Source of the DNA: Escherichia phage vB_EcoM_G4498 | Strand: one strand, 5' to 3' | Length of the DNA stretch: 64,000 nucleotides | Sequence record: NC_054918.1 | Shown here: piece after piece, positions 20,933 to 31,305 of the stretch | How positions within the stretch are numbered: the stretch's first letter is position 1 | Layout of the letters: each line of letters starts with the position of its first letter | Position numbers and translations under genes: made by a program | Notes under the pieces: model-generated | Seen by the model: only the letters and a program-made list of their open reading frames with translations | Database searches by the model: none | Told to the model about the DNA's origin: nothing

Positions 20933-22392
20933 AAACCAGTTACCTCATGAAAATCACCAAATACATCCTCGAATGTATTAGCTTTAGTTTTATCTTCACG
21001 TAAACGAATCGCAATCGGAAGAAATAATTTAACGTAATCAGTGCGGCCATCAGATTTTAACCAACCGTTGCATTCGCACTCTAGAATTTTTCCAATATAA
21101 TAATTTTGGTTTTCCATAATGCGAGTACGGTCAAGTTCATGCGATTTTACACCGGCTTTATCTTTTAAGCCTGAACCAGCATTTACCTTAATTTTTCCAC
21201 ACTCTGATTCAAGAATAAATCCACCCGCTTTAGTAGGGTCTTTACGGTGAGGATAAATTCCTACAATTTTTAAATCAACATCAATTACTTCTTTAAATTT
21301 ATAGAGATTTTTTGAACGAGCATTTTCCCACAATCCATCGGTATTTTTGAGAATAATACCTTCAAGACCTTGGTCAATATACTTTTTATAAATTACCTTA
21401 GCTTCATCTAGGTTATTTACTACCTGGTTTTCAATTAAAATTACTTTATCATAACCTGATGTCATTTGTTCTAGTTTAGAAAAACGTACATCATATTTCA
21501 AACGAAATGCAGGAAGACCGTATATTTCTACCAACGGGACATAATCCCAGACCTGAAACTTCATGCATTGAGCTTCTTTTTCAGAAATGGTTCCCTTTAA
21601 AGATTTATTGGCGATGCCATTAGATGCAGTACGTGATTCAGCTACTTCGGCGAATTCTTTAGCTTTACTAATTTCAGGATAAGCATCAAAAAGAAAATCT
21701 AGGCCTTCTGGCTCCTTTTCAACTTGCTCATGGTATACCAATTCGCCATCAATTAACACACCTTCTGGATGAATCTGGCGAGCTTCTGCAGTCATTTTGA
21801 TTAACTCTTCCTTAAGAAGATCTAATCCTAGATATTCATTACCAGCTCGTGATAAAAGACGAACATCATCTAATTCATCACCTCTGACTTCAGCAAAACA
21901 CCGAGCTCCATCAGCTTTTAACTGGGCAAAGGCTGGAAATTTGATATTCTTATTAATGCCTTTTTCATCATAAGAACTTGCAAGCATTTGAGGTTGTTCA
22001 GGAATTAAACCTGGCCAAACTTTGTTTGCAATAGATACTGAAGCACCGCATTCAAGGTCTCGCATCATCACCCGACGCAAAACTTCAACATCATCTTTTT
22101 TACCGTCAGTAATATATCCAGTTAATTCCTCAATTGCCGCATTTCCAGTCAATTTCCGAGTAGCTAACGTGAATTCAATGAAGTCAAGCATATCGGTAAG
22201 AGTCAACATTCCAAAACTCTGGGTAGCAATACCTGGTTTAGGCCATTTCTTGATATAATACTGTAACCCACGAGAATAAGTCAGACGATATACTCGTTTA
22301 AGCAATTCATTATCTTTATTCTTTTCAAGAATTGCTTGCTTCTGCTTAGTTGAACCAATAGATGCTATTTCGTTCAGAATTTTAAGAATCAT
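20929..22392 (-). CDS. 30: ATP-dependent DNA ligase gp30
   Basis: 487-aa ORF MILKILNEIASIGSTKQKQAILEKNKDNELL...; matches T4 DNA ligase; adenylation lysine motif (KADGAR). Confidence 0.97.
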   Translation of the reverse strand: MILKILNEIASIGSTKQKQAILEKNKDNELLKRVYRLTYSRGLQYYIKKWPKPGIATQSFGMLTLTDMLDFIEFTLATRKLTGNAAIEELTGYITDGKKDDVEVLRRVMMRDLECGASVSIANKVWPGLIPEQPQMLASSYDEKGINKNIKFPAFAQLKADGARCFAEVRGDELDDVRLLSRAGNEYLGLDLLKEELIKMTAEARQIHPEGVLIDGELVYHEQVEKEPEGLDFLFDAYPEISKAKEFAEVAESRTASNGIANKSLKGTISEKEAQCMKFQVWDYVPLVEIYGLPAFRLKYDVRFSKLEQMTSGYDKVILIENQVVNNLDEAKVIYKKYIDQGLEGIILKNTDGLWENARSKNLYKFKEVIDVDLKIVGIYPHRKDPTKAGGFILESECGKIKVNAGSGLKDKAGVKSHELDRTRIMENQNYYIGKILECECNGWLKSDGRTDYVKLFLPIAIRLREDKTKANTFEDVFGDFHEVTGL

Positions 22393-22658
22393 TGTTCATC
22401 CTTTAGAGTTTGGTTTACAGCTCTATTATAAATCAATTCATCATTAAGCTCAGTCAAAGACCTGTGGTACGTGGTTCTAACTTTATTTCCTTGCATCCAG
22501 TGCTTGACGTAAATGAAACCTTGCTCTACACATTTTTTAAAAATTCGTTCGTCTTTTTGAGCTCGGAATTCTGGATTGCATCTAAAAAATTGATTTACGT
22601 GACCGTAATCACGTGTAGTATTACCTTCATTTTCATAAATAGTATGAACAACAAACAT
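22389..22658 (-). CDS. Hypothetical protein, positional equivalent of 30.1
   Basis: 89-aa ORF, overlapping stop/start with neighbours. Confidence 0.55.
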   Translation of the reverse strand: MFVVHTIYENEGNTTRDYGHVNQFFRCNPEFRAQKDERIFKKCVEQGFIYVKHWMQGNKVRTTYHRSLTELNDELIYNRAVNQTLKDEQ

Positions 22659-23497
22659 TAGAATGCTCCTTGGAAAATATTATCACCACTAGTAGGTCTA
22701 TTATACAAATACTCTATGCCACCAGGTTTAATATAGTTCCATGTCTGAAACGGATGTGTCTGATATGGATGATATAGATGATTATAAGGATTAAATCCAG
22801 GAGTTCTCCAGGTAGTGTTCCAAGGAAAAGAATCGTTTTTGATCATCTTCTCAATTACATCTTTTATAGCTTTTTCACTATCAAAACTTTCTTTATTTTC
22901 CTTTGGTGAAAAAAGCTTATTTTCTACATCATTCCATGTATAAACTCGCTGTGCAGTTTTTGGAATATTGTCACGCTCTCCTCGAGCCATCCAATAAACA
23001 GGAACATTTAATATTTCACTCGCGTGATCGCAGTGGTGAGCGAGATCGTCAATATAACAAATTACGTTATATTTCTCTTTTGCCTTTTTGAACAACTCTT
23101 CTTTTGAAGAATCATGACCACACATCAATACTTCTGAGAAGGCACCAGGAAAAAGAGCATTCAAATTAAATTGACGATTCAGCAGAGCGTCAATAGAATC
23201 ACCCAATGCTGTAACAGCTACAAAATTATAATCTTCTTTTAATTTGTTAATTACACACAGGGCATCTTTATATGGAGACAAGTAACGAATAAAATCTGAA
23301 CGATTGTATTTTTCAATTAACTTGACGCCAAGTTCTTCATCACAATTAAAGAGTTTACCAGGAGAAATAAATTTCTCATCTTGGATCATTTTTAAAATAT
23401 GTTCTAACGGAAGATTATATTTCTGAGCAAAATAAGGAAGGCCTGATTGCCAGCTTAAACATACTCCATCAATATCAGTTAAAATAGTAGGCTTCAT
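22658..23497 (-). CDS. HAD-superfamily hydrolase-like protein, positional equivalent of 30.2
   Basis: 279-aa ORF; N-terminal ILTDIDGV (DxDG phosphatase motif). Confidence 0.65.
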   Translation of the reverse strand: MKPTILTDIDGVCLSWQSGLPYFAQKYNLPLEHILKMIQDEKFISPGKLFNCDEELGVKLIEKYNRSDFIRYLSPYKDALCVINKLKEDYNFVAVTALGDSIDALLNRQFNLNALFPGAFSEVLMCGHDSSKEELFKKAKEKYNVICYIDDLAHHCDHASEILNVPVYWMARGERDNIPKTAQRVYTWNDVENKLFSPKENKESFDSEKAIKDVIEKMIKNDSFPWNTTWRTPGFNPYNHLYHPYQTHPFQTWNYIKPGGIEYLYNRPTSGDNIFQGAF

Positions 23498-23958
23498 AGA
23501 GAGTCTCTTAATAGGTTTAACACATCAATAAATTCAGCTTCGGTTAATATTGTATCATCTTTTGTTAGACCACTAGCCATGCTGTGCTTCAAAACTTTTC
23601 CTTTCGAGGCGTGTAATGCATCACGAAAGCCCTTGTTTTGGATCGCTGCTTCAAAATATGCATTTGTGTATAATTCTTTCCATGCTGGGGAGTATCTTGA
23701 AAACGGAACTCCAAGCCAGAAGAGGGTCCCACGGTCCTGAGCTCTAGCATAAGACCTTCCAGCTTGTTGGGCGGCAAGCCCGGATAACCCAAATATACGA
23801 CGTTGTTGTTCAGCATTTTTCACCTTGCATCCTTGGAGGAATCCTTCAAGACCTCCGAATTGAATACCATCCATGACGAAAGGCCATTGGGCGAAATTAC
23901 TTAATGCACACGATGGCCATCTAAAATTGCTTCTAATCTCTAACTCAGACATTTTCAA
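23494..23958 (-). CDS. NADAR/YbiA-like protein, positional equivalent of 30.3
   Basis: 154-aa ORF with ...LSNFAQWPFVMDG... and E-x-F-L-Q-G-x-K resembling the YbiA/NADAR signature (by eye). Confidence 0.55.
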   Translation of the reverse strand: MKMSELEIRSNFRWPSCALSNFAQWPFVMDGIQFGGLEGFLQGCKVKNAEQQRRIFGLSGLAAQQAGRSYARAQDRGTLFWLGVPFSRYSPAWKELYTNAYFEAAIQNKGFRDALHASKGKVLKHSMASGLTKDDTILTEAEFIDVLNLLRDSL

Positions 23959-24151
23959 TACTTATAATTTCAACATCAGCCCAATGACCATAGCAAGGAA
24001 GACGAAATTCAACTGGCCAGTTAGGGTCCTTTTCTAATATAATAGACTTAACTTGTGGTTCTTCATGTTCATCAGTATATGGATTTTTATCTGTTACTTT
24101 ATATGTGACCTTAATGTACTGAATTCCAAAAATCTTATTAATTATATTCAT
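23945..24151 (-). CDS. Hypothetical protein (30.x series)
   Basis: 68-aa ORF, overlapping neighbours. Confidence 0.5.
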   Translation of the reverse strand: MNIINKIFGIQYIKVTYKVTDKNPYTDEHEEPQVKSIILEKDPNWPVEFRLPCYGHWADVEIISIENV

Positions 24152-24345
24152 ACTAATTCCTTTAATCCGTAGATAGGAGATAATTCATCGCCCATACGAA
24201 GGTCTTCATTTCCATCTACCCAAGAAACAATATAAGCCTCTTTTATTTGAATACCACTCCATTTAAACGGAGGTAGAACTTTAGAAATTAATCCAGGTAT
24301 ACCAACTCCCTTTAATTCAACAGTTTGACCTAAAAAGAATTTCAT
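24148..24345 (-). CDS. Hypothetical protein (30.x series)
   Basis: 65-aa ORF, ATGA-type coupling. Confidence 0.5.
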   Translation of the reverse strand: MKFFLGQTVELKGVGIPGLISKVLPPFKWSGIQIKEAYIVSWVDGNEDLRMGDELSPIYGLKELV

Positions 24346-24632
24346 TAAAACCTCATCTGAAAACCGTGCGATTTAACATTACCGCCATTAATATCAGAAC
24401 TATTAATTTCACGTGCAATTGAGGGATCAATGTCAATTTCGCGATTGAGTTTAGTGATAGCTAAAGTATCGCGCCCATTTACAGTACGGAACTCTAAAGG
24501 GCAGACTACATTAACGTAGTTTTTAATCGATTCACTGGTAGGTTGCAAATGTGCAGGAAGGTCTTTAGGCGCCTTTGAGAAAACTACTTCGCAGAAGTTT
24601 TTACGGGTATCAAAATAAGTAGTCATAAACAT
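24345..24632 (-). CDS. Hypothetical protein (30.x series), start reassigned to ATG at 24632
   Basis: GAGGAA SD 8 nt upstream of ATG; the ORF-track start is a TTG inside the upstream hairpin. Confidence 0.5.
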   Translation of the reverse strand: MFMTTYFDTRKNFCEVVFSKAPKDLPAHLQPTSESIKNYVNVVCPLEFRTVNGRDTLAITKLNREIDIDPSIAREINSSDINGGNVKSHGFQMRF

Positions 24633-24645
24633 AACATTTTCCTCA

Positions 24646-24662
24646 GTAAGGGGCCAAAGCCC
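24646..24662 (-). terminator. Tetraloop hairpin immediately upstream of an SD (hairpin-RBS cassette)
   Basis: GGGGCTTTGGCCCC followed by TTACTGAGGAAAATGTTATG. Confidence 0.45.
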
Positions 24663-24672
24663 CTCATTTATT

Positions 24673-25038
24673 TTAAATATCAAATTCGTTAAGAACTACA
24701 TCAAAGATTGCTTCAAGATGCTCAGGTTTAGCTCTGTTACTCAGAATATGACGAATCCAAGTTTTAACCAAAAGCTTGCGATTAACGCCATTCCAGCAAG
24801 GATGAGTCCCTAAATCGCGTTCACGGAAATCATCATCCAGAGCGATTTTAAAGTTGGAACCTTCCATCGTGATTGAAACCGTGATACCGTTTTCAAATCG
24901 CATATAAACGTAATTAGGAGTCATATACTGCTCAATTTCGCATACTGATCCATTTTGATGTTTCCAAAGGCAAATAGTATCAATAGAACCTGCACTACCA
25001 TTAGAAACATATTTACGTTCAAAGTTGATGTAGTTCAT
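24673..25038 (-). CDS. Hypothetical protein (30.x series)
   Basis: 121-aa ORF from ATG at 25038 with GGAG SD. Confidence 0.55.
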   Translation of the reverse strand: MNYINFERKYVSNGSAGSIDTICLWKHQNGSVCEIEQYMTPNYVYMRFENGITVSITMEGSNFKIALDDDFRERDLGTHPCWNGVNRKLLVKTWIRHILSNRAKPEHLEAIFDVVLNEFDI

Positions 25039-25105
25039 TTTATTCTCCAAGATGTTTAATTGCGGTACAGGTATATAATATCATATCCTGTACCAAAGTA
25101 AACAA

Positions 25106-25438
25106 TTATTTTACTACTTTCCAATGCTGCATGTCAAGTTTACCAACTTTTTTCATCTTCTCAATTAAGCGTTCGGCACGTTGGCGAGCTGTAACATAAT
25201 ACCATTCACCTAATTCATTTTGTTCAATTTTTCCAACGATTACTGTATTCAATTCATAAATCCAACCAGTAAAGAAATTATGAACTTGAATTGTAAAGGT
25301 GAAATCTGTTCCCATACCTTCTGTTGTTTCTACTTCAATAATATCACCTTCAACTGCCGTTAAGAACCACATAGTTTCATCATATTTACCATTGAAGCAT
25401 TTAGTTTTAACTGCAGCGTTCAGATTAATCGTTTTCAT
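25106..25438 (-). CDS. Hypothetical protein (30.x series)
   Basis: 110-aa ORF; AAGGAG SD; early promoter upstream. Confidence 0.55.
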   Translation of the reverse strand: MKTINLNAAVKTKCFNGKYDETMWFLTAVEGDIIEVETTEGMGTDFTFTIQVHNFFTGWIYELNTVIVGKIEQNELGEWYYVTARQRAERLIEKMKKVGKLDMQHWKVVK

Positions 25439-25465
25439 TTTATTCTCCTTTGTTTGTGTAAGATA

Positions 25466-25495
25466 ATACTATCACAAAGGAACCATACTGTAAAC
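25466..25495 (-). promoter_or_regulatory. T4-type early promoter
   Basis: Minus strand GTTTAC, 18 nt, TAGTAT. Confidence 0.55.
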
Positions 25496-25520
25496 AACTT
25501 TATGCAATCTTTGGAAAATA

Positions 25521-25545
25521 AAAAGGACTCCCGAAGGAGTCCTCA
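25521..25545 (-). terminator. Strong intrinsic terminator
   Basis: GGACTCCTTCGGGAGTCC followed by TTTTTATTTT on minus strand. Confidence 0.7.
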
Positions 25546-25547
25546 AC

Positions 25548-25724
25548 TTATGCTTTCTGCTTACCAAAACGAGAAGCATCATCTCGAAGAACCGCACGTG
25601 CTCGGCGCATGATCTTCTCAACAGTTTGATTGATACGAGAGTTCGACCCACGCTTGTAGCCAGCGCGTTTAGAATCACCAACTTTCTTTTCAACTGCTTT
25701 CTTTGCTTTAGCTTGTTTTGCCAT
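25548..25724 (-). CDS. Small Lys/Arg-rich protein (58 aa)
   Basis: ATG at 25724 (MAKQAKAKKAVEKKVGDSKRAGYKRG...) with AAGAGAA SD; the ORF-track start further upstream is non-ATG. Confidence 0.5.
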   Translation of the reverse strand: MAKQAKAKKAVEKKVGDSKRAGYKRGSNSRINQTVEKIMRRARAVLRDDASRFGKQKA

Positions 25725-26122
25725 TATAAATTCTCTTTTAAATGAAAATGCAGGACTTATTGGCATTGCCTGCGCAAGCCCTCAAGGGGAACATAGGTTT
25801 TTTGATATTTAACGACCAGGATAACCATAAACCCGTCATCATACCTTATAGCTCTTATCTGTTGCACACCGTTAGCTTAAAGGTTCCGGGTTCGATTTCT
25901 CGAGGATAAGATATATACTGATGGATATATAGGCCTTGAGGCGTACTCCCGATTGGCCATCACCTCGGGGTAGCATGCACTTGCCGCTATAAGAATAACA
26001 TTCAAGAGGTACACCGTAAAACTGCCGGGGTCTTAAAACTATAATGATTCGCAAATCATTAATCAGACAGTTCGACGGCTCCTCGTTTTAACTTCACACT
26101 AAGGCAGTGAATCTCCAATAAA

Positions 26123-26371
26123 TTACTTCAGTGTTACCACAAAGTGACGAACTGCTTTTCGTGCAGCAGAAGCCAGAGGCTTAGCATATTTAAGTTCATC
26201 TTTTTCCTGAAGCTCAGCAGCTAATGCAGTTTGAGCAGGATTCAGATGTTTGAAATAACGCAGGATTTCAAGAGCTTCGGCTTCAACATCAATAGATGCG
26301 CCATAGTTTTCGTGACCATTATTCCATGCGTTTCGTTGCAGTTCAAGAGCGTGTTGTAATTGTTTAATCAT
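26123..26371 (-). CDS. rIII: rIII lysis-inhibition accessory protein
   Basis: 82-aa ORF MIKQLQHALELQRNAWNNGHENYG... adjacent to gene 31. Confidence 0.85.
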   Translation of the reverse strand: MIKQLQHALELQRNAWNNGHENYGASIDVEAEALEILRYFKHLNPAQTALAAELQEKDELKYAKPLASAARKAVRHFVVTLK

Positions 26372-26518
26372 TTAAAAATTCTCGTTAGAGATTAAAACTC
26401 GGTAGTCACGTTCTTCTGAATTTCATCTTCTTTCGACAGATCTCTCAGTTGTAGACTACCACATAGAATTGTTCGGTTAACTTATTATTCCGACACCAAA
26501 TTCATATTATTATTTATA

Positions 26519-26854
26519 TCACTTATAAAGACACGGAATAGCTTTATAGTGACAGGTAACGAATTTTTGTTTAATTTCTTTTGGCTGCTTAAGACCCAGA
26601 GCTACAAAAGGGTGTGGAACGTTTCGAATTTGACCAACTGGAAGAGAAGTCAAATCACCAACTTCACAGAAACCTTCAGGAACATCAGGACCGACAGAGT
26701 GAACTACACACAGTTCAGGAACTTCACCTTGAACACGTTTACCGATAATAAGTCCTGATTCTGTAACTTCTTCATCACCGGCTTGTGCAGGTTCAGAAAC
26801 TAAAATAACATATTCACCGACAGCACGAATTGGTAGCTGTTGTACTTCAGACAT
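26519..26854 (-). CDS. 31: gp31 co-chaperonin (GroES functional analogue)
   Basis: 111-aa [33 protein letters not shown]...; matches T4 gp31. Confidence 0.9.
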
Positions 26855-26910
26855 CGTTTTTCCTTTTTGTTAACAGATGAATTAATAATAACAAATAATT
26901 CTTAAAGCAT

Positions 26911-27219
26911 TTATTTACCAATAAATTGGAGCAAATGCTCAACTTTCATACCATTAACGGAAATCAATTTGTCAATAGAAAAACCTCGCCATGCACCAAG
27001 TTCAACATCAAATACTGGAATCATATCAGTAGATTCTTTCCGAGTAGATTCAGTCAATTTACCAGTTTGCATGGTTGGCATAAAGTCAGCATCGCGAGTA
27101 CCTTTCATAACACGAATAGTACCATCAGACTTTTCAAAAACTACGTTTGAAACACCCATGGACAATTTAGTTTTCAAAATTTCACGAATTGCTACTTTTT
27201 GTTCAGTCGTCAGTTTCAT
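26911..27219 (-). CDS. Hypothetical protein, positional equivalent of 31.1
   Basis: 102-aa ORF. Confidence 0.6.
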   Translation of the reverse strand: MKLTTEQKVAIREILKTKLSMGVSNVVFEKSDGTIRVMKGTRDADFMPTMQTGKLTESTRKESTDMIPVFDVELGAWRGFSIDKLISVNGMKVEHLLQFIGK

Positions 27220-27456
27220 TTATTTACCTATTACAGTTTTAATATGAGTTGTTCCACGTTCTTTAAGAGTGGAAAGTAATTTTTGGCATTTTTCTAAATC
27301 AGATTTCCAACTATGTGGTCTATCAATACAAACCCAGTTTGACTTATAATACTGCTTCCATTTAGAGAAAAAATACTTCTTATACTCTACAGCAAATGAA
27401 ATGTTCTCGTTGGAATAAGAACTAATTGCTGTGAGCTGTACCAAACGAAATTTCAT
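27220..27456 (-). CDS. Hypothetical protein, positional equivalent of 31.2
   Basis: 78-aa ORF; start overlaps cd region. Confidence 0.6.
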   Translation of the reverse strand: MKFRLVQLTAISSYSNENISFAVEYKKYFFSKWKQYYKSNWVCIDRPHSWKSDLEKCQKLLSTLKERGTTHIKTVIGK

Positions 27457-28037
27457 TATTCACCACAGAATTCGTTGATATTTTCCCAGTTTAACTTATT
27501 TAAGTTTTTCTTAGGAACATTAAACACTTCAATACCTGCATTTCGCAGAATATCATCCCAGCCAGGTTTATTTTTATCGTATGTTTCACAATAAACCAGC
27601 TTTTTAATTCCAGATTGAGCTATTGCTTTTGCACAATCTGGGCAAGGAGAAAGTGTTACATACATAGTAGCACCTTCAATTGAAGAACCGTTTCGTGCAG
27701 CAAACAAAATCGCATTTAGTTCAGCATGAATTTCATTTTTAGACGACCATTCAGAGTGCGCGCTACGATGTTCTTTCGCCAATACAAAACGATCAGTTGA
27801 ACCAAACGATACACATTCAGGCTTATGACCTTGAATGATAGTATGTTTAGGCTTATTCAGCAACCAACCTTGCTCAGCAGCATAATCACAGCAGTTCACA
27901 CCACCTGCAGGTGAACCATTATATCCAGTAGAAATAATACGTCCATTCTTTTCAATTACTGCTCCTACTTTCCAGGAGCAACATTTTGATTCTTGTGATA
28001 CTAAATATGCAATTTGAAGTACTGTACTCGCTTTCAT
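27456..28037 (-). CDS. cd: dCMP deaminase
   Basis: 193-aa ORF; zinc motifs HAELNAI and PCPDC; matches T4 Cd. Confidence 0.95.
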   Translation of the reverse strand: MKASTVLQIAYLVSQESKCCSWKVGAVIEKNGRIISTGYNGSPAGGVNCCDYAAEQGWLLNKPKHTIIQGHKPECVSFGSTDRFVLAKEHRSAHSEWSSKNEIHAELNAILFAARNGSSIEGATMYVTLSPCPDCAKAIAQSGIKKLVYCETYDKNKPGWDDILRNAGIEVFNVPKKNLNKLNWENINEFCGE

Positions 28038-28372
28038 TTCATAATCACCAGATAAGCAGATTTAGCAGTTTCAACACGATAAATTTCGTGACGAAGTTTA
28101 GTTATACTTTTAATAACAGAACTAATTATATTCTGCCCATCTTTAAAGCGGTTTTTCTTATCAATAAAAATTGCACCAGCCATCTTTTTGTGAAGCTCAA
28201 CTGGATACTTCGTCACAATAATAGCATCATACACAGAAGGATGAATACTATTCACTAGAGTATCGTTCATTAAAGTTATTCTAATGAACTGTGCTGTTTC
28301 AGAGTCAAGCGCTCTATGATCGCCAGTATCATTTTCAAGACAATTATCAATTATATCAGTTAAATTCATCAT
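28034..28372 (-). CDS. Hypothetical protein, positional equivalent of cd.1
   Basis: 112-aa ORF, ATGA coupling. Confidence 0.6.
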   Translation of the reverse strand: MMNLTDIIDNCLENDTGDHRALDSETAQFIRITLMNDTLVNSIHPSVYDAIIVTKYPVELHKKMAGAIFIDKKNRFKDGQNIISSVIKSITKLRHEIYRVETAKSAYLVIMK

Positions 28373-28605
28373 AGTACGCCATACACCCTTTGTGCTTCAA
28401 CTAATCCATCAAAATCCAATTTGAGATGTGTTATTTGGTCACCATCACCTGGATTCACAATTACTAATACCGAACGAGGAGTTTCGGTAATAACACGAAC
28501 CGACGTTTCAGGAAATCGTTCAGAAACCTTATTTACCAATTCTTGAGCAAATAGTTTAACTTTTTCTTGGAATTCTTTAACAGTAATTGGTTTTTCGCTT
28601 AGCAT
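28369..28605 (-). CDS. Hypothetical protein, positional equivalent of cd.2
   Basis: 78-aa ORF. Confidence 0.6.
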   Translation of the reverse strand: MLSEKPITVKEFQEKVKLFAQELVNKVSERFPETSVRVITETPRSVLVIVNPGDGDQITHLKLDFDGLVEAQRVYGVL

Positions 28606-29126
28606 GTTGATCCTAGCTCCTTACTTTCAACATTTTTAACTAATTTGACAGAAACTAATTCAGCATCTTGGGTAATCATTACCGGACCTTCTTCATGCTC
28701 TTCAAGATATTCTAGAGCTTTCTTTTTAGCTTCTTCCTTCGTATCAGTTTGAGCATAGATATAGAACATACAACCAGTAATACCTACTACTTTCCACTTA
28801 ATTTCTTTATCAGTTTTAATTTCAAATTTACTTACAGAATCATCTTTTTGAACTTCTTCGAAAAAAGAATATTCTAACATATAAGCAATTGAAAATAACG
28901 GGCTAACTTTATAGGATTCACCCATTACATCAACAGCTTTATACCAACAATCATCAATTTCACGTTTAATGCTAATAACATTTTTCGCAGGATCTATTTT
29001 TACTTTAAATGAATTTTCCCCAATAAACTGGGCAATTCGTTTATTGGCCCCGCAAGTTTCATTAAAAATATCTTTATATCCAGCTTTAAAGCGATAAACC
29101 TTATCTTCTTCAAACCATTCGCTCAT
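28599..29126 (-). CDS. Hypothetical protein, positional equivalent of cd.3
   Basis: 175-aa ORF with GAGGAA SD. Confidence 0.6.
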   Translation of the reverse strand: MSEWFEEDKVYRFKAGYKDIFNETCGANKRIAQFIGENSFKVKIDPAKNVISIKREIDDCWYKAVDVMGESYKVSPLFSIAYMLEYSFFEEVQKDDSVSKFEIKTDKEIKWKVVGITGCMFYIYAQTDTKEEAKKKALEYLEEHEEGPVMITQDAELVSVKLVKNVESKELGSTC

Positions 29127-29156
29127 TTCAATTTCCTCATTTGTTTTGGTAGAGCT

Positions 29157-29186
29157 ATAATATCACAACTCTACCGTAAAGTAAAC
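29157..29186 (-). promoter_or_regulatory. T4-type early promoter upstream of the cd.3-like ORF
   Basis: Minus strand GTTTAC, 18 nt, TATTAT. Confidence 0.5.
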
Positions 29187-29188
29187 TA

Positions 29189-29464
29189 TTAAATTGCTTT
29201 GAATTCTGATGTCTGTGATTCAAAGCGAATGTCGCCTTTGATAACTAGCTCAGCATCAAGACCAAATACAACAATGATATGCGCGGAACCTGGATACAAC
29301 GTAATGGCAATAGAATCCACCTGGTCTGGAAGCAAAGCGTTCAATACATGAGTCACTTGAGCGTGGATTCGAAGTTCAGCTGCATTATCAAGCTTTTCAA
29401 ACATGTTATTAGCGATAATTTGGCTAAACACTACTTCTACGATTTTAGAGTAAGTCGGAAACAT
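29189..29464 (-). CDS. Hypothetical protein, positional equivalent of cd.4 (start reassigned)
   Basis: ATG at 29464 (MFPTYSKIVEV...) with GAGGT SD; avoids a 28-nt overlap with the upstream ORF. Confidence 0.5.
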   Translation of the reverse strand: MFPTYSKIVEVVFSQIIANNMFEKLDNAAELRIHAQVTHVLNALLPDQVDSIAITLYPGSAHIIVVFGLDAELVIKGDIRFESQTSEFKAI

Positions 29465-29466
29465 AT

Positions 29467-29667
29467 TTACCTCACATAATTTTCTTCGAGCCAATCAATA
29501 ACATCCAAAGCGTTATCAAAAGTTGCGCCATCTACTTTGTCTTCTGTTTCATAATCAAGAACATCTAGGCCTACTCTTCCGTCAACAATAGGCCATAGAC
29601 AAAATAGATATTTCTTTTCTTTTTCAATTTTATCACAAAGACGATAAATCTTTTCTAGGTTATTCAT
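29467..29667 (-). CDS. Hypothetical protein, positional equivalent of cd.5
   Basis: 66-aa ORF. Confidence 0.55.
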   Translation of the reverse strand: MNNLEKIYRLCDKIEKEKKYLFCLWPIVDGRVGLDVLDYETEDKVDGATFDNALDVIDWLEENYVR

Positions 29668-29855
29668 ACGTTTTCCATGGTAAAGGCAGTTTAGTTTTCT
29701 TTACTACTAGTTCAACATCAGGATTCTTTTCTCTTAATTTAAGGCATTCCTCCCATGCTCTATTTTCACTAGTAAATACACAAAATTGCCCATTACTAGT
29801 ACCAACTAAACCGCTATTTACAATAACAAAGCCCAAGTTTCATGGTGCCAAGCCA

Positions 29856-31074
<1,219 letters not shown>

Positions 31075-31078
<4 letters not shown>

Positions 31079-31305
31079 TTATTTTTCTCAACTAATGATT
31101 GAATATAATCATGCAAGTCTTTAGATGCTTTACCCCACTTATTTTGATATTCATTTTTGAGATTAGCACGTGATTGAGCTAATAAAACATCATTAGTTGG
31201 AGGTAAAGATTCTAACCGCTGAATCTGGCGTCCATAAATCATTGCAGCCATCTCGGATTCATAAATCAATCCTTTGAGATGTTCAAATTGATGCCATGAA
31301 ATCAT
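31075..31305 (-). CDS. Hypothetical protein (pseT.x series)
   Basis: 76-aa ORF. Confidence 0.55.

Noticed and set aside
25880-25915. tRNA-like GGTTCCGGGTTCGATTTCTCG motif resembling a T-arm
   Set aside because: The flanking sequence does not form a 5-bp T-stem, an acceptor stem or a cloverleaf by manual folding.
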